DNA from: Chloroflexota bacterium
GTDB taxonomy: Bacteria; Chloroflexota; UBA11872
Assembly (NCBI GenBank): GCA_022825895.1
Contig: JAJDVX010000015.1
Span: 45,121-109,120, forward strand
Direction of reading: 5' to 3'
DNA: 64,000 bases
Positions within the stretch are counted from its first letter, which is position 1. Each line of letters opens with the position of its first letter. The position numbers and the translations under genes are program-made. Under the pieces are notes generated by a model. The model made no database searches. It was given only the letters and a program-made list of their open reading frames with translations, and was not told the DNA's origin. This document shows, one piece after another, positions 9,250-18,903 of the stretch.

Positions 9250-9732
9250 CTAGCCCGCGCCGCCCGCGTCGCCCGGCTGGGCGATGGTGACGACCCACTC
9301 GCCTTCGGCGCGTTCGACGTTCACTGCGTACCTGCCAGCCCTGGTTACCTGGGCGGAGGCCCCGCCCTCGCGACTGAGCGGCGGGATGATGCTGACCGGC
9401 GCGATGGGTTCGGCGTTGGGATCGTCCAGGGACTGAAGGGAGACGCTGAAGGGTTCGACGGTCCCGTCGTAGACGGCCTGCACGATGACCAGACCTTCAC
9501 GCAGGCCGAAGGCTTCGGTTTGACCCGGGCGCAGGCCGTCAAACGAGATAGGGCGGTCAATGGGGGTGACGGTTGGCGCCGGAGTCGATGGGGGCGTCGT
9601 GGAGTCGTCGGCGAGCAGTGCGCCGAGCACGGACGAGCGTTGCGCCGGAACCACGCCCACCACCTTGAGCGCCACAACGACGGCCAGCGCCAGCAGCACA
9701 ATGCCAAGCAGATATGAATGCACTCGCAGCAT
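9250..9732 (-). CDS. hypothetical membrane-anchored/secreted protein
   Basis: Long low-complexity N-terminus in ORF track rejected. ATG at 9730-9732 gives MLRVHSYLLGIVLLALAVVVALKVV (signal-anchor), then a ~130 aa Pro/Thr-rich linker plus domain. Confidence 0.45.
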   Translation of the reverse strand: MLRVHSYLLGIVLLALAVVVALKVVGVVPAQRSSVLGALLADDSTTPPSTPAPTVTPIDRPISFDGLRPGQTEAFGLREGLVIVQAVYDGTVEPFSVSLQSLDDPNAEPIAPVSIIPPLSREGGASAQVTRAGRYAVNVERAEGEWVVTIAQPGDAGGAG

Positions 9733-9889
9733 GGTCCGAGCGTGCGACGCCGAAGCGACGTCCGTCAACGGTCTAACGGACCGCACGCGGGCGGCCACCG
9801 GGGCATGACGAACGAGCAGCGGGTCGGGATTCGTCAGTGTTCGCCCGGCGCTGCCACAATCGGATGACACTCGCAGCGGGAGGGACGCG

Positions 9890-11665
9890 GTGCGGTACGT
9901 AGCCGTCCTGGCCCGTCGCGAAGTCCTGTTTGGGGCGTTGGCCGGGTTGCTGGCCGGGGTCGTGTTCGCGCTGGCGATGCAGGCCGAGCAGATGCGCGTG
10001 GAGGTGACCGGGCTGGCCGGGGTGTCGACCTCCGGCGCCGGGCTGGTTGTGCACCTGGTGCTTGCAACGCTGATCGGCGCTGTCGTTGGCATGCAGTACC
10101 GGCACGAGCCCGGGAGCTATGCGGCGCAGATCACGCTGGGCGTCACGTTCGGGCTGCTGGGCTGGATCCTGGGGCCGCTGACGTTTCGACCGCTGGCGGA
10201 AGGGCAGATTCCCGACTGGTCCATCGCCGTGGCGTCGGCCGGGTTTCCCAGCCTGATGGGACACATGCTCTACGGGGCGCTGACCATCGGGGGCCTGTAC
10301 TGGGCCGTGGACCGGTGGGGCGGCGGCGCCGTGCTGGCGCGTCCGAGCGAACGCGCGGCGGATCGCGTGCATCGGATCGTGGTGCTGGGCGGCGGGTTCG
10401 GCGGGATGAGCGCGGCGCAGACGCTGGAGCGGATAACGCGAAAGCGGCGCGACCTGGACGTCACGCTGGTGAGCCAGAGCAATTTCCTGCTGTTTACGCC
10501 GATGCTGGCCGAGGTGGCGTCCAGCGCGCTGGAAGCGCAGCACATCGCGGCGCCGATTCGCGCGGCCTGCCCGTTCACCAACTTCATTCACGGCGACGTC
10601 GAACGGATCGACCGCGAGCAGCGGCAGGTGCTGGTGCATGGGCGGCGCTCGGCGGAGCCGCAGGCGGTGCCCTACGACCACCTGGTGCTGGCGATGGGAT
10701 CGGTGCCGAACTTCTACGGCCTGCCGGGCCTGGCCGAGCACGCGATCACGCTGAAGACACTGGAAGACGCGGTGGGCCTGCGGCACCGGGTGCTGTCGCA
10801 GTTGGAGCGCGCCGACCATGAGACGGACGTGGAGGTTCGACAGCGGCTGCTGACGTTTGTCGTCGCGGGCGGCGGGTTTGCGGGCGCGGAGACGATCGCC
10901 GAACTGTTCGACCTGGTGTCGAGCGTTCGCCGCTACTACCAGCATCTGCGACCGGGTGACGCGCGGTTTGTGCTGGTGCATTCGCGCGACCGCATCCTGC
11001 CGGAACTTAGCGCGGAACTGGGCGCGTACGCGCTGGAGAAGCTAAGCGCGCGGGGGATCGAGTTTCGGCTGGGGCGCCGGGTCGCGGCGGCGGCCGAAGG
11101 GTCGGTGACGCTGGACGACGACACGGAGATCGCCTGCGAGACGTTCGTCTGGACGGCGGGGAACCAGCCGAATCCGCTGCTGGGAACCATGGACTGCGAG
11201 ACGAGCCGGTCCGGCCAGATCGTGGTGGACGCCACGCTAGGGGTGCAGGACAGGCCGGGGCTGTGGGCCGTGGGCGACGGGGCGCAGATTCCGGATCTCA
11301 CCAACGAGGGCCGGCCCTGTCCGCCGACAGCCCAGCACGCGCTGCGCCAGGGTAAGCGGGTGGCCCTGAACATCCTGGCGACGATCGACGGCCGGACGCT
11401 GAAGCCGTTCCGATACCGGGCGACCGGCTCACTGGTGGGGCTCGGGCACCGTACGGCGGCCGCGGAAATCTGGGGTCGCAAGTTCTCGGGGCTGCTGGCC
11501 TGGTTCATGTGGCGAACGATCTACCTCAGCAAGCTGCCGGGCCTGGAACGCAAGTCGCGCGTGGCGCTGGACTGGGCGCTGGACCTGGTGTTTCCACGCG
11601 ACATCGTGCTGACGACGGCGGCCGACGGCCGGTTCGGGTCCGACGACCCGGAGCGCGGGTCATGA
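9890..11665 (+). CDS. type II NADH:quinone oxidoreductase (NDH-2) with N-terminal ~140-aa 4-TM module
   Basis: GTG start. aa ~160-560: RIVVLGGGFGGMSAAQ, FVVAGGGFAGAE, WAVGD typical of NDH-2. aa 1-140 hydrophobic, with GPLT..PL, DWS, FP.LMGHMLYG motifs shared with the downstream gene. Confidence 0.85.
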   Translation: MRYVAVLARREVLFGALAGLLAGVVFALAMQAEQMRVEVTGLAGVSTSGAGLVVHLVLATLIGAVVGMQYRHEPGSYAAQITLGVTFGLLGWILGPLTFRPLAEGQIPDWSIAVASAGFPSLMGHMLYGALTIGGLYWAVDRWGGGAVLARPSERAADRVHRIVVLGGGFGGMSAAQTLERITRKRRDLDVTLVSQSNFLLFTPMLAEVASSALEAQHIAAPIRAACPFTNFIHGDVERIDREQRQVLVHGRRSAEPQAVPYDHLVLAMGSVPNFYGLPGLAEHAITLKTLEDAVGLRHRVLSQLERADHETDVEVRQRLLTFVVAGGGFAGAETIAELFDLVSSVRRYYQHLRPGDARFVLVHSRDRILPELSAELGAYALEKLSARGIEFRLGRRVAAAAEGSVTLDDDTEIACETFVWTAGNQPNPLLGTMDCETSRSGQIVVDATLGVQDRPGLWAVGDGAQIPDLTNEGRPCPPTAQHALRQGKRVALNILATIDGRTLKPFRYRATGSLVGLGHRTAAAEIWGRKFSGLLAWFMWRTIYLSKLPGLERKSRVALDWALDLVFPRDIVLTTAADGRFGSDDPERGS

Positions 11666-13206
11666 CGCGGCGAAGCGACCTGGCGGCGTGGCTGCTGGCC
11701 GGCGCGGTGGCCGGGCAGGTCGGCGGAGTGGTCTACGGCCTGGTGATGCGGCACCTGGGCGTCATCGAGTCCATTGCCGCGCTGGTCCGGCTGCCGCCGT
11801 CGGCGGTAGGCGGGTGGGTCGTGCACATGGTGGTGGCGGGAGTCATCGGCGCGGGTTTCGCGGCGCTGATTCGCCGCCAAGAGCACGGCGCGGGCGACCT
11901 GCTGTTCTGGGGTCTGATCTACGGGGCAGTGTGGTGGATCATCGGACCGCTGACGCTGGCGCCGCTGCTGATCCGCCGCGAGGCGCTGGCGTGGGACCTG
12001 ACCTCGGCGCAGGAGACCTTTCCGATGCTGCTGGGGCACCTGCAGTACGGCGTGACGACCAGCCTGGCCCTGCTGGTGTGGCGACGGTCAGCCTTTGAGC
12101 GGCCAACGGTTGGATGCGCGGTGCGAGGCGTCCTGGCGGGGGTGGTCGCCGCCGCGCTGACCGGCAAGGCGCTGGTTGACCAGGGGCTGCTTGGCCATTT
12201 CGTCGGAATCGGCGCTTACGATCCCTCCGGTGCCCTGTGGTTGGGAGTTCTTGCGACCGGCGCGTTGACCGGGATGGCGTTCGCGGCGGTGGTGCCCGCG
12301 GTGCGCGACAGCGCGGGCGCAGCGCTGGTGCGGGGGATGGTGTTTGGGTTCCTGGCCTGGATTCTTATTCCCATGACGGTCGTCGGCCTGGCAACCCGGG
12401 GCATGCTGCCCTGGGGCATGGGGTTTGCTCACGATGCCTTTCCGGGGCTGCTGGCCTACCTGCTTTTTGGCGGAATCCTGGGCTTGGCGTACCAGTGGCT
12501 GAGCGTGGCCTGGCGGGTCCTGTTCGACGAATCGACGACGGACGAGGACGAGGGCTACGGCACGGAGGGGCTGCGGGCGCTCGGTCGCGGATCGGCCGCT
12601 GGAATCGCGGGTGGTCTGCTGTACACCGTGATGCTGGCGCGGCTCGGCTCGTTCGAGGGCATCGCCCAGCTGATGCGGGCCGACAACGCAGCCGTCGGGG
12701 TGCTGGTGCACGCCGTTGTCTCCGTGATCTGGGGCGCGGTGTACGGCCTGCTGTTTCGGCGGCAGACGTATGGGATCGGGTCGGCGGTGGGCTGGGGCGT
12801 CGCGTTCGGGTTCTTTATCTGGGTGGTTGGACCGAACACCCTATTCGCCGTGCTGACGGGGCACACGCCGGACTGGTCGGCGGACAGCACGGCGCCGCGC
12901 ACGGCTTCGCTGGTCGGCCACCTGGTGTACGGGGCGGTCCTGGGCGTGGGATTCCACTACTTCGAGTCGCGGCACAACCCCTGGTGGCAGCCGCGCCGCG
13001 AGCGGCTGGAAGCTCGCGCGGATCAACGCCGCCGGCAGTTGCAGACGTCGGCGCCGGCGATCTGGGCGCTGGTGATGCTGGTTGCGCTCACGCTGCCGAT
13101 CGTCTTCGGCGGGTCCGACGAGATGGGACGCAACGCCATGAGGGCGGAGTCCACGTCGAGCGAGGAGCGTGGGCCGCCGATGGACGACATGCAGCCGATG
13201 CGGTGA
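11662..13206 (+). CDS. polytopic membrane protein built from ~3 tandem copies of the NDH-2 N-terminal TM module
   Basis: ATG at 11662 overlaps the NDH-2 stop (ATGA). Repeats at aa ~8-130, ~140-255 and ~300-450, each carrying VVH..V..IGA, W.IGP.T, DW, FP.LLGHL.YG-like motifs. Confidence 0.7.
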   Translation: MTRRSDLAAWLLAGAVAGQVGGVVYGLVMRHLGVIESIAALVRLPPSAVGGWVVHMVVAGVIGAGFAALIRRQEHGAGDLLFWGLIYGAVWWIIGPLTLAPLLIRREALAWDLTSAQETFPMLLGHLQYGVTTSLALLVWRRSAFERPTVGCAVRGVLAGVVAAALTGKALVDQGLLGHFVGIGAYDPSGALWLGVLATGALTGMAFAAVVPAVRDSAGAALVRGMVFGFLAWILIPMTVVGLATRGMLPWGMGFAHDAFPGLLAYLLFGGILGLAYQWLSVAWRVLFDESTTDEDEGYGTEGLRALGRGSAAGIAGGLLYTVMLARLGSFEGIAQLMRADNAAVGVLVHAVVSVIWGAVYGLLFRRQTYGIGSAVGWGVAFGFFIWVVGPNTLFAVLTGHTPDWSADSTAPRTASLVGHLVYGAVLGVGFHYFESRHNPWWQPRRERLEARADQRRRQLQTSAPAIWALVMLVALTLPIVFGGSDEMGRNAMRAESTSSEERGPPMDDMQPMR

Positions 13207-13273
13207 TTCCTGTGATCGCTGACCTGCGAGCGCGCCAACACACGCGCTGACGCCGCCAGCGTCGATAATCCGC

Positions 13274-13942
13274 CTATGGTCGTCCGGCGCGCGTGTAGTT
13301 CGTCGGGTCGCGCACGGTCTTGTAGTCCTCGAAGTCCAGCCAATGGCACCAGACTCTCCTGGGAGCTTCCACATGAAGCCGTCGATTGCTGGTTGGGCTT
13401 CTCCAGGCCGCCAGCTCAACGCGAGGGCCAGGGTTGGTACGCAAGGCGACCCACTCGAGAGCCGGACGAAGATCGGTATCGGTGGAAACGACAATGGCAA
13501 TGTCGAAATATCGACTGAATGCGTGCGTCACCAGATCAACCGCCAACTGGACATCGATGCCCTTTTCCTGCGGTTTGGAGGCTGGGAAGTCAGGGGGATA
13601 TCGCAAAGGCCGCCACGCGACGTGGACTCCCGCCGACTCCCACGCAGCGCATTGGCTCATGTGTGCTCCGTAGTTCTTCGGGTGCTTGGTAGCGTCAGGC
13701 CTTCCCGTGTACATACGAACCTGCTTTAGCTCCCGTTGGTAGCCAGCCGGGGACCGCTCAACTAGCAACTCGCCCATCGCGAGCGGGTCGAACTGGCCGG
13801 AGGTAAAGAACGCTCCAACTGGATGAAACGCGTCGCGAGCACCCATACGCGTGTTTTCCGCGTCGATATACACGACGACCCGGTTGGGCAATGGTCTCAG
13901 CCAAACAAAAAATAGCCCCGCCAGTTCATCGCCCGGAGGCAA
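13274..13942 (-). CDS. NYN (LabA-like, PIN-related) domain protein
   Basis: VVVYIDAENT, IDVQLAVDLV, IVVSTDTDL acidic motifs of NYN domain. GC ~58%, below flanks. Confidence 0.75.
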   Translation of the reverse strand: MPPGDELAGLFFVWLRPLPNRVVVYIDAENTRMGARDAFHPVGAFFTSGQFDPLAMGELLVERSPAGYQRELKQVRMYTGRPDATKHPKNYGAHMSQCAAWESAGVHVAWRPLRYPPDFPASKPQEKGIDVQLAVDLVTHAFSRYFDIAIVVSTDTDLRPALEWVALRTNPGPRVELAAWRSPTSNRRLHVEAPRRVWCHWLDFEDYKTVRDPTNYTRAGRP

Positions 13943-14078
13943 TGGACGGCGGGGAGCATTGAAAGAATTATGGGCTCAGCACTAATGCCTGTCAAGTCAG
14001 CGGCCCCAGGCCGGGCGTCGATCGGCGCTCACTTAGACGTTGGGCTTGCCGGCCCTAGCGCGACATAGATTGAAGCAA

Positions 14079-14118
14079 CCAGCCGCTGCGGAGTTTCGGA
14101 GGGTCTCGCAGCGGCTGG
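14079..14118 (-). terminator. stem-loop downstream of FAH gene (candidate intrinsic terminator)
   Basis: ccagccgctgcg-N16-cgcagcggctgg, perfect 12-bp stem, ~50 nt after the minus-strand stop at 14166. T-tract is weak. Confidence 0.35.
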
Positions 14119-14165
14119 TCGCTCCGTCAACAGCGGTACCGAAAACCTCGGCACCGCCACCAGCC

Positions 14166-14939
14166 TTATTCGGGGTAGCCGACGGTGTTGCTCAGGGTGC
14201 CGTTGCCTTCCAGCTCGACCTCGGTGACGTCGCCGCTCTTCATGGGCTCGGTGCTGCCGGAGGTGCCGGTGAAGATGGCGTCGCCAGCCTCGAGCGTCAT
14301 GTACGTCGAGACGAAGCTGACGATCTGCTCAACGTTGTAGATCAGCTCGCTGGTGTTGGTGTGCTGGACGACCTCGCCGTTGACGCGCGTGGTCATTTCC
14401 AGGTTGCCGTGGTCCAGGCCGGTGGTAACCCAGGGACCGAAGGGCGAGAACGTGTCGGCGCCCTTACCGCGCCACCACTGGCTGTCCGGCTCGCCGTTGG
14501 TCTGACCGTTCTGCCAGATGCGCTCGCTGATGTCGTTCGCGGCGCACACGCCCAGGATGTAGTCCCCGACTTCGTCCTCACTGACGCGCGAGCAGCGCTT
14601 GCTGATGATGACCGCCATCTCGCCTTCGTAGTGAAGGTCCTTGCAGCCCTCCAGCCAGGCGATGGTTCCGCCGGGATTGAGCACGGACGACGGCGGCGCC
14701 AGGAACGGCTGAGGTCGCGAGAAGGGCGGCGAGTCGCCCATGTGGCTCAGGTAGTTGCCCGCCAGGTTGACGATCTTGGTGGGCGAGGTGGGCGTGAGCA
14801 ACTGCACGTCGGCCAGGGCCACCGTGTTGCCGGTGCGCTCCAGGTCGCCGAAGAGGTCGCCCGAGATTTCGGCGATGGTGTCGCCTTCAACGATTCCGTG
14901 GTGGACTTCGCCGTCCACGCTGTAACGCGCCAGGTGCAT
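14166..14939 (-). CDS. fumarylacetoacetate hydrolase (FAH) family protein
   Basis: 257 aa; FAH-fold motifs (EGEMAVIISKRC, IFTGTSGS). ATG start. Confidence 0.85.
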   Translation of the reverse strand: MHLARYSVDGEVHHGIVEGDTIAEISGDLFGDLERTGNTVALADVQLLTPTSPTKIVNLAGNYLSHMGDSPPFSRPQPFLAPPSSVLNPGGTIAWLEGCKDLHYEGEMAVIISKRCSRVSEDEVGDYILGVCAANDISERIWQNGQTNGEPDSQWWRGKGADTFSPFGPWVTTGLDHGNLEMTTRVNGEVVQHTNTSELIYNVEQIVSFVSTYMTLEAGDAIFTGTSGSTEPMKSGDVTEVELEGNGTLSNTVGYPE

Positions 14940-15052
14940 GCTCTGCCTCCGAGTGCCATATCTGACTGTGACCGCGAAAGGATACCGCGTGGAGGCGCAG
15001 CGCCCACGCCGCGTGCCGGGAGACTGGTCAATCCGCCCTTAGAAGCAGCCGA

Positions 15053-16045
15053 TCAAACGGGCCACGCGCCGATCTTTCGCAGGGTGGCGTAGATCTCGAG
15101 TTGCTGGCGTTCCAGCGTTTCCCACTGCGCCGCGAAGTCCACGTCCGACCAGTCGAAGAAGCCGCGGCCGGTCTTCAGCCCGAAATGCCCTTCACCGACC
15201 AGGCGGCGAAGTACGGAGTGCCCGCGGTCGGCGTTGCACAGGTCGGGCCAGACGCTCTCGGTGCCGCTGAGGGCGATTTCCAGGCCGGCCAGGTCGCGGT
15301 CGCGGATAACGCCCATCAGCGGCATGCGCGGCGAGAAGGAGAAGGCCGTCAACTCGTCGATATCCGCAGCGGATATGACGCCACGGTCCACCAGGTCCAG
15401 CGCTTCGCGAAACAGGGCCTGGCGCAGCCGGTTGGCCACCTGGCCGGGCAGATCCACGTTGATTCGCACGGGTCGCAGGCCAGCGCCGCGCAGGAGATTC
15501 AGCACGGATTCCACGGTGGCCTCGCTGGTCAGCTCGCCCTTGGTGACTTCGACCATGGGACACAGGTAGGCGGGCCGGAAAAAGTGGGTGGTGGTGAAGC
15601 GGTCGGGGCGGCCGGTGGCGTCGGCCATCAGGCGGATTGGGATGCTGGACGTGTTCGAGGCCAGCACTGTGTCAGGGGCGAGATGTGGCGCCAGATCGGC
15701 GTAGACCGCGCGTTTGATCTCCACGGTCTCCGTGACGGCCTCGATGATGAGAGTTGATTCGCCGACGTCGCCAAGGTCGGTTGTGAAGTTGAGCCGCCTC
15801 GGGACTACCGCTGCCTGCGCGGACGTGACCAGGCCGTATTCGAGCATGAGCTCAAGATTTCGGGCGACCTTGCTCCGCGCGGCATCAAAGGCGGCGGGGT
15901 TGGTGTCGAGGACGGTGACCTGGTGCCCGGCCAGCGCGAATACCTGGGCGATGCCATGTCCCATGAGGCCGGCGCCGAGCACCCCGATGGGAGAACGTTG
16001 ATCAGTGATTGGAGTGGTCACCTCGTTGCGGCTCAATGGCGCCAT
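15053..16045 (-). CDS. 3-hydroxyacyl-CoA / 3-hydroxybutyryl-CoA dehydrogenase
   Basis: IGVLGAGLMGHGIAQVFALAGHQVTVLD Rossmann N-terminus and C-terminal 3HCDH domain. ORF track start 16072 is TTG; ATG at 16043-16045 preferred. Confidence 0.85.
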   Translation of the reverse strand: MAPLSRNEVTTPITDQRSPIGVLGAGLMGHGIAQVFALAGHQVTVLDTNPAAFDAARSKVARNLELMLEYGLVTSAQAAVVPRRLNFTTDLGDVGESTLIIEAVTETVEIKRAVYADLAPHLAPDTVLASNTSSIPIRLMADATGRPDRFTTTHFFRPAYLCPMVEVTKGELTSEATVESVLNLLRGAGLRPVRINVDLPGQVANRLRQALFREALDLVDRGVISAADIDELTAFSFSPRMPLMGVIRDRDLAGLEIALSGTESVWPDLCNADRGHSVLRRLVGEGHFGLKTGRGFFDWSDVDFAAQWETLERQQLEIYATLRKIGAWPV

Positions 16046-16193
16046 GCTAGGCGCGAAGTAGGCAGGCCACAACGTTGTAGGCGTCTCGGCATTTCATCTC
16101 TGGCATTCCGATCGGCGCGCTGCAGAGAGCCAGAGAGCCTGCCTGGCACGGCATTGGTGGTAAGTTTGAATCTGGCCGGGGACGGCCGATTCT

Positions 16194-16266
16194 TGGGGTA
16201 TCGTCTAGTGGTAGGACGCGCGGCTCTGGACCGTGAAGCGGTGGTTCGAATCCATCTACCCCAGCC
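16194..16266 (+). tRNA. tRNA-Gln (anticodon CTG)
   Basis: TGGGGTATCGTCTAGTGGTAGGACGCGCGGCTCTGGACCGTGAAGCGGTGGTTCGAATCCATCTACCCCAGCC. Anticodon loop CTCTGGA; resembles bacterial tRNA-Gln. Confidence 0.9.
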
Positions 16267-16350
16267 GATTCTGACGTGCCATACGCTTCGAACGCCAGCT
16301 TTGGCGAGTGACACCTCATCGCCCGCGTCAGCCCGCAATCGAGGTGACTT

Positions 16351-16932
16351 ATGTCAATGAAGCTGACGTCTAGCGACGCGCTGCTGCTGGTTGACGTGCA
16401 GAGCGATTTTTGCCCGGGCGGGGCGCTGGCCGTAACCGACGGTGACGCGGTAGTTCCGGTGCTGAACGCGTGGATCGCGGCGGCGCGGCAGGGGGGTGCG
16501 AAGGTCTTCGCTTCGCGCGACTGGCATCCGGCGGACCACCTGAGTTTTGCGGAGCGGGGCGGACTGTGGCCGCCGCACTGCGTGCAGAACACGCCGGGTG
16601 CGGCGTTTCACGTAGACCTGAACTTGCCCGAGGACACGGTGGTGGTGTCCAAGGCCGATCAGGCCGACCACGAGGCCTACTCGGCGTTCGACAGCGGAGA
16701 ACTGGCTGACCAGTTGGGCGCGGCAGGCATCCAGCGGCTGTGGGTGGGCGGACTGGCGACGGACTACTGCGTGAAGGCCAGCGTGTTGGACGCGACGCAG
16801 ATCCCGGGGCTTGACGTGCACGTGATCGTCGACGCCATCCGCGCCGTAGACGTAACGCCCGGCGACGGCAAAGCGGCGCTGGAGGCCATGCGCGAGGCCG
16901 GCGCGATCCTGGAGGACGCCGCGCCCGCATGA
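16351..16932 (+). CDS. pncA: nicotinamidase/pyrazinamidase (isochorismatase family)
   Basis: LLVDVQSDFCPGGALAV, catalytic Cys in TDYCV. GAGGTG RBS before ATG. Stop overlaps next gene start (ATGA). Confidence 0.8.
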   Translation: MSMKLTSSDALLLVDVQSDFCPGGALAVTDGDAVVPVLNAWIAAARQGGAKVFASRDWHPADHLSFAERGGLWPPHCVQNTPGAAFHVDLNLPEDTVVVSKADQADHEAYSAFDSGELADQLGAAGIQRLWVGGLATDYCVKASVLDATQIPGLDVHVIVDAIRAVDVTPGDGKAALEAMREAGAILEDAAPA

Positions 16933-18290
16933 CCGTCCCGGCGCGCGACCCCGTGCCCGCGGACGCGCTGCTGACCGACCTGTATCAACTGAGCATGATG
17001 CAGGCGTACTGGGAACACGGGCTGACGGAGACGGCGACCTTTGACCTGATCTGCCGCCGGCTGCCGCCGAACCGGAATCTGCTGATCGCCTGCGGGCTGG
17101 AAGCGGCGCTGGAATACCTGGAAGGCGTGGCGGTCACGGCGGCGGATCTGGAGTACCTGGCCTCGCTCAATCGATTCTCGATGGACTTCCTGAACCGGCT
17201 GGAGTGGCTCAGGTTCCAGGGAGAGGTGCGCGCCGTGCCGGAAGGGACGCCGGTGTTTGGCAACGAGCCGATCCTGGAAGTAACAGCATCGCTACCCGAA
17301 GCCCAGATCGTGGAGACCTATCTGCTCAGCACGATCCATCACCAGACGATGGCCGCGTCGGCCGCGTACCGGCTGGCGGCAGCCGCCGAGGGAATCCCGG
17401 TGGTGGACTTTGGCACGCGACACGCGCAAGGGGCCGCAGCCGGCGTGGACACGGCGCGCGCGGCCTATGTCGCGGGCGTGGCCGGCACCTCGAACGTGGC
17501 GGCCGGGCGGCGGTTCGGCGTGCCCGTCAGCGGCACGATGGCGCATAGCTACATCCAGGCGCACGAGCGCGAGTCGGACGCGCTGGCTTCATTTGCGGCC
17601 ACACACCACGGGACCACACTGCTGGTGGACACCTACGACATTCGCCGAGGGGTGGGTCTAGTCATCGACCTGGCGGAGCGACAGGGCGACGAATTTGACG
17701 TGGCGGCTATTCGGATCGACTCAGGCGACCTGGGGGCCAATGCGCGCATGGCGCGGGAGATGCTGGATATGTCGGGCCTGACCGCGGTTCGCATTATCGT
17801 CAGCGGCGATCTGGACGCAGAGAGAATCGCGGCGTTGGCCGAATCCGGTGCGCCGATCGACGGGTATGGCGTGGGCACGGCGCTGGCCGTGTCCACGGAC
17901 GCGCCTTACCTGGATACCGCCTACAAGCTGGCCGCGTATGCGGGGCAGGGTCGAATGAAGCTGGCCGCCTCGAAGCGCACGTGGCCTGGGCGCAAGCAGG
18001 TGTTCCGTCAGATCGACGCCGGCGCTGCCGTGCGGGACGTGCTGGGAACGGTGGATGAAGCGATGGATGGTCGCCCCCTACTCGAAACCGTCATGTCGAA
18101 TGGGCGGCGGGTCGAAGAGACAGGTCGGCCTCTGGAGGCCATTCGCCGGCACGCTGCCGACTCGCTGGCGGAACTGCCGCAATTCGTTCGCGGCCTGGAT
18201 CCCGCCGAGCCTCCGTATCCCGTTATCGTGAGCGACAAGCTTGAACGCGCGGCACGCGAACTCGCGAGCCGACTTCGGGCGGAGGCTTAG
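16929..18290 (+). CDS. pncB: nicotinate phosphoribosyltransferase
   Basis: 453 aa; LTDLYQLSMMQAYWEHG N-terminus and NAPRTase core. Coupled to pncA. Confidence 0.85.
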   Translation: MTVPARDPVPADALLTDLYQLSMMQAYWEHGLTETATFDLICRRLPPNRNLLIACGLEAALEYLEGVAVTAADLEYLASLNRFSMDFLNRLEWLRFQGEVRAVPEGTPVFGNEPILEVTASLPEAQIVETYLLSTIHHQTMAASAAYRLAAAAEGIPVVDFGTRHAQGAAAGVDTARAAYVAGVAGTSNVAAGRRFGVPVSGTMAHSYIQAHERESDALASFAATHHGTTLLVDTYDIRRGVGLVIDLAERQGDEFDVAAIRIDSGDLGANARMAREMLDMSGLTAVRIIVSGDLDAERIAALAESGAPIDGYGVGTALAVSTDAPYLDTAYKLAAYAGQGRMKLAASKRTWPGRKQVFRQIDAGAAVRDVLGTVDEAMDGRPLLETVMSNGRRVEETGRPLEAIRRHAADSLAELPQFVRGLDPAEPPYPVIVSDKLERAARELASRLRAEA

Positions 18291-18811
18291 GCTCCGGCGT
18301 CGCCTTCCTCTGCGGCACCCGGCTGCCGGGCGGCCAGTTCGCGGTCGAGAATCAGCAGGCCGGCGCCATCGTTTCCGGCGATGCGCAGCTGGCTCAGCAG
18401 GGTGCGGAGCGTGTCCTCTTCCTCAGTCTGTTCGTTCACGAACCAGTCCACCAGCGACTTGGCCTGGTAGTCACCGAGTTCGACGGCCTGGGCATACAGG
18501 GCGTTGACCGAGCGCGTCGTGCCCTGTTCCAGGGTCAGCGCCGCGGCGACGACCGACTGTGGATCGCTGTATTCAGTATCGGCCTCGTCCAGTCCGCCCA
18601 GGGTAATCGGTGTGTCGCGGGCCGCCAGGTGATCGTAAATCCGCATGCCGTGGGCCCATTCCTCTTCGCTTTGGGCGCGCATCCAGGCGGCGAAACCCTC
18701 CAAATCCAACGACTCGAAGTAGGCGGCCATGCCCAGATAGACATAGGCCGCGCTGAACTCGTGGTTGATCTGGTCGTTGAGCGCCCTGGCCAGACTTCCA
18801 TCCATGGTCAT
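18287..18811 (-). CDS. ferritin-like iron storage protein (Ftn/bacterial ferritin family)
   Basis: Start re-picked to ATG at 18809-18811 with GGAGGAGG RBS. LNDQINHEFSAAYVYLGMAAYF, EEWAHGMRIYDHL ferroxidase-centre motifs. Confidence 0.8.
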   Translation of the reverse strand: MTMDGSLARALNDQINHEFSAAYVYLGMAAYFESLDLEGFAAWMRAQSEEEWAHGMRIYDHLAARDTPITLGGLDEADTEYSDPQSVVAAALTLEQGTTRSVNALYAQAVELGDYQAKSLVDWFVNEQTEEEDTLRTLLSQLRIAGNDGAGLLILDRELAARQPGAAEEGDAGA

Positions 18812-18903
18812 CGCCGCCTCCTCCGTCTTGCTCTCGATCAAGCCTAGCGCCGCGGGCACTCAGGCTCTCATGGGTTCGACGACATCCGACCCCCGGCGCC
18901 CCG

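Noticed and set aside
9167-9298. N-terminal 44-aa extension of the PhyH ORF, and the first 120 aa of the 9250..10092 ORF
   Set aside because: Low-complexity Arg/Gly/Pro/Thr-rich. Internal ATGs give canonical N-termini (MDPSCL...; MLRVHSYLL signal-anchor) and remove gene overlaps.
9773-10981. 402-aa minus-strand ORF
   Set aside because: Antisense to NDH-2; Arg/Pro/Gln-rich, no domain features.
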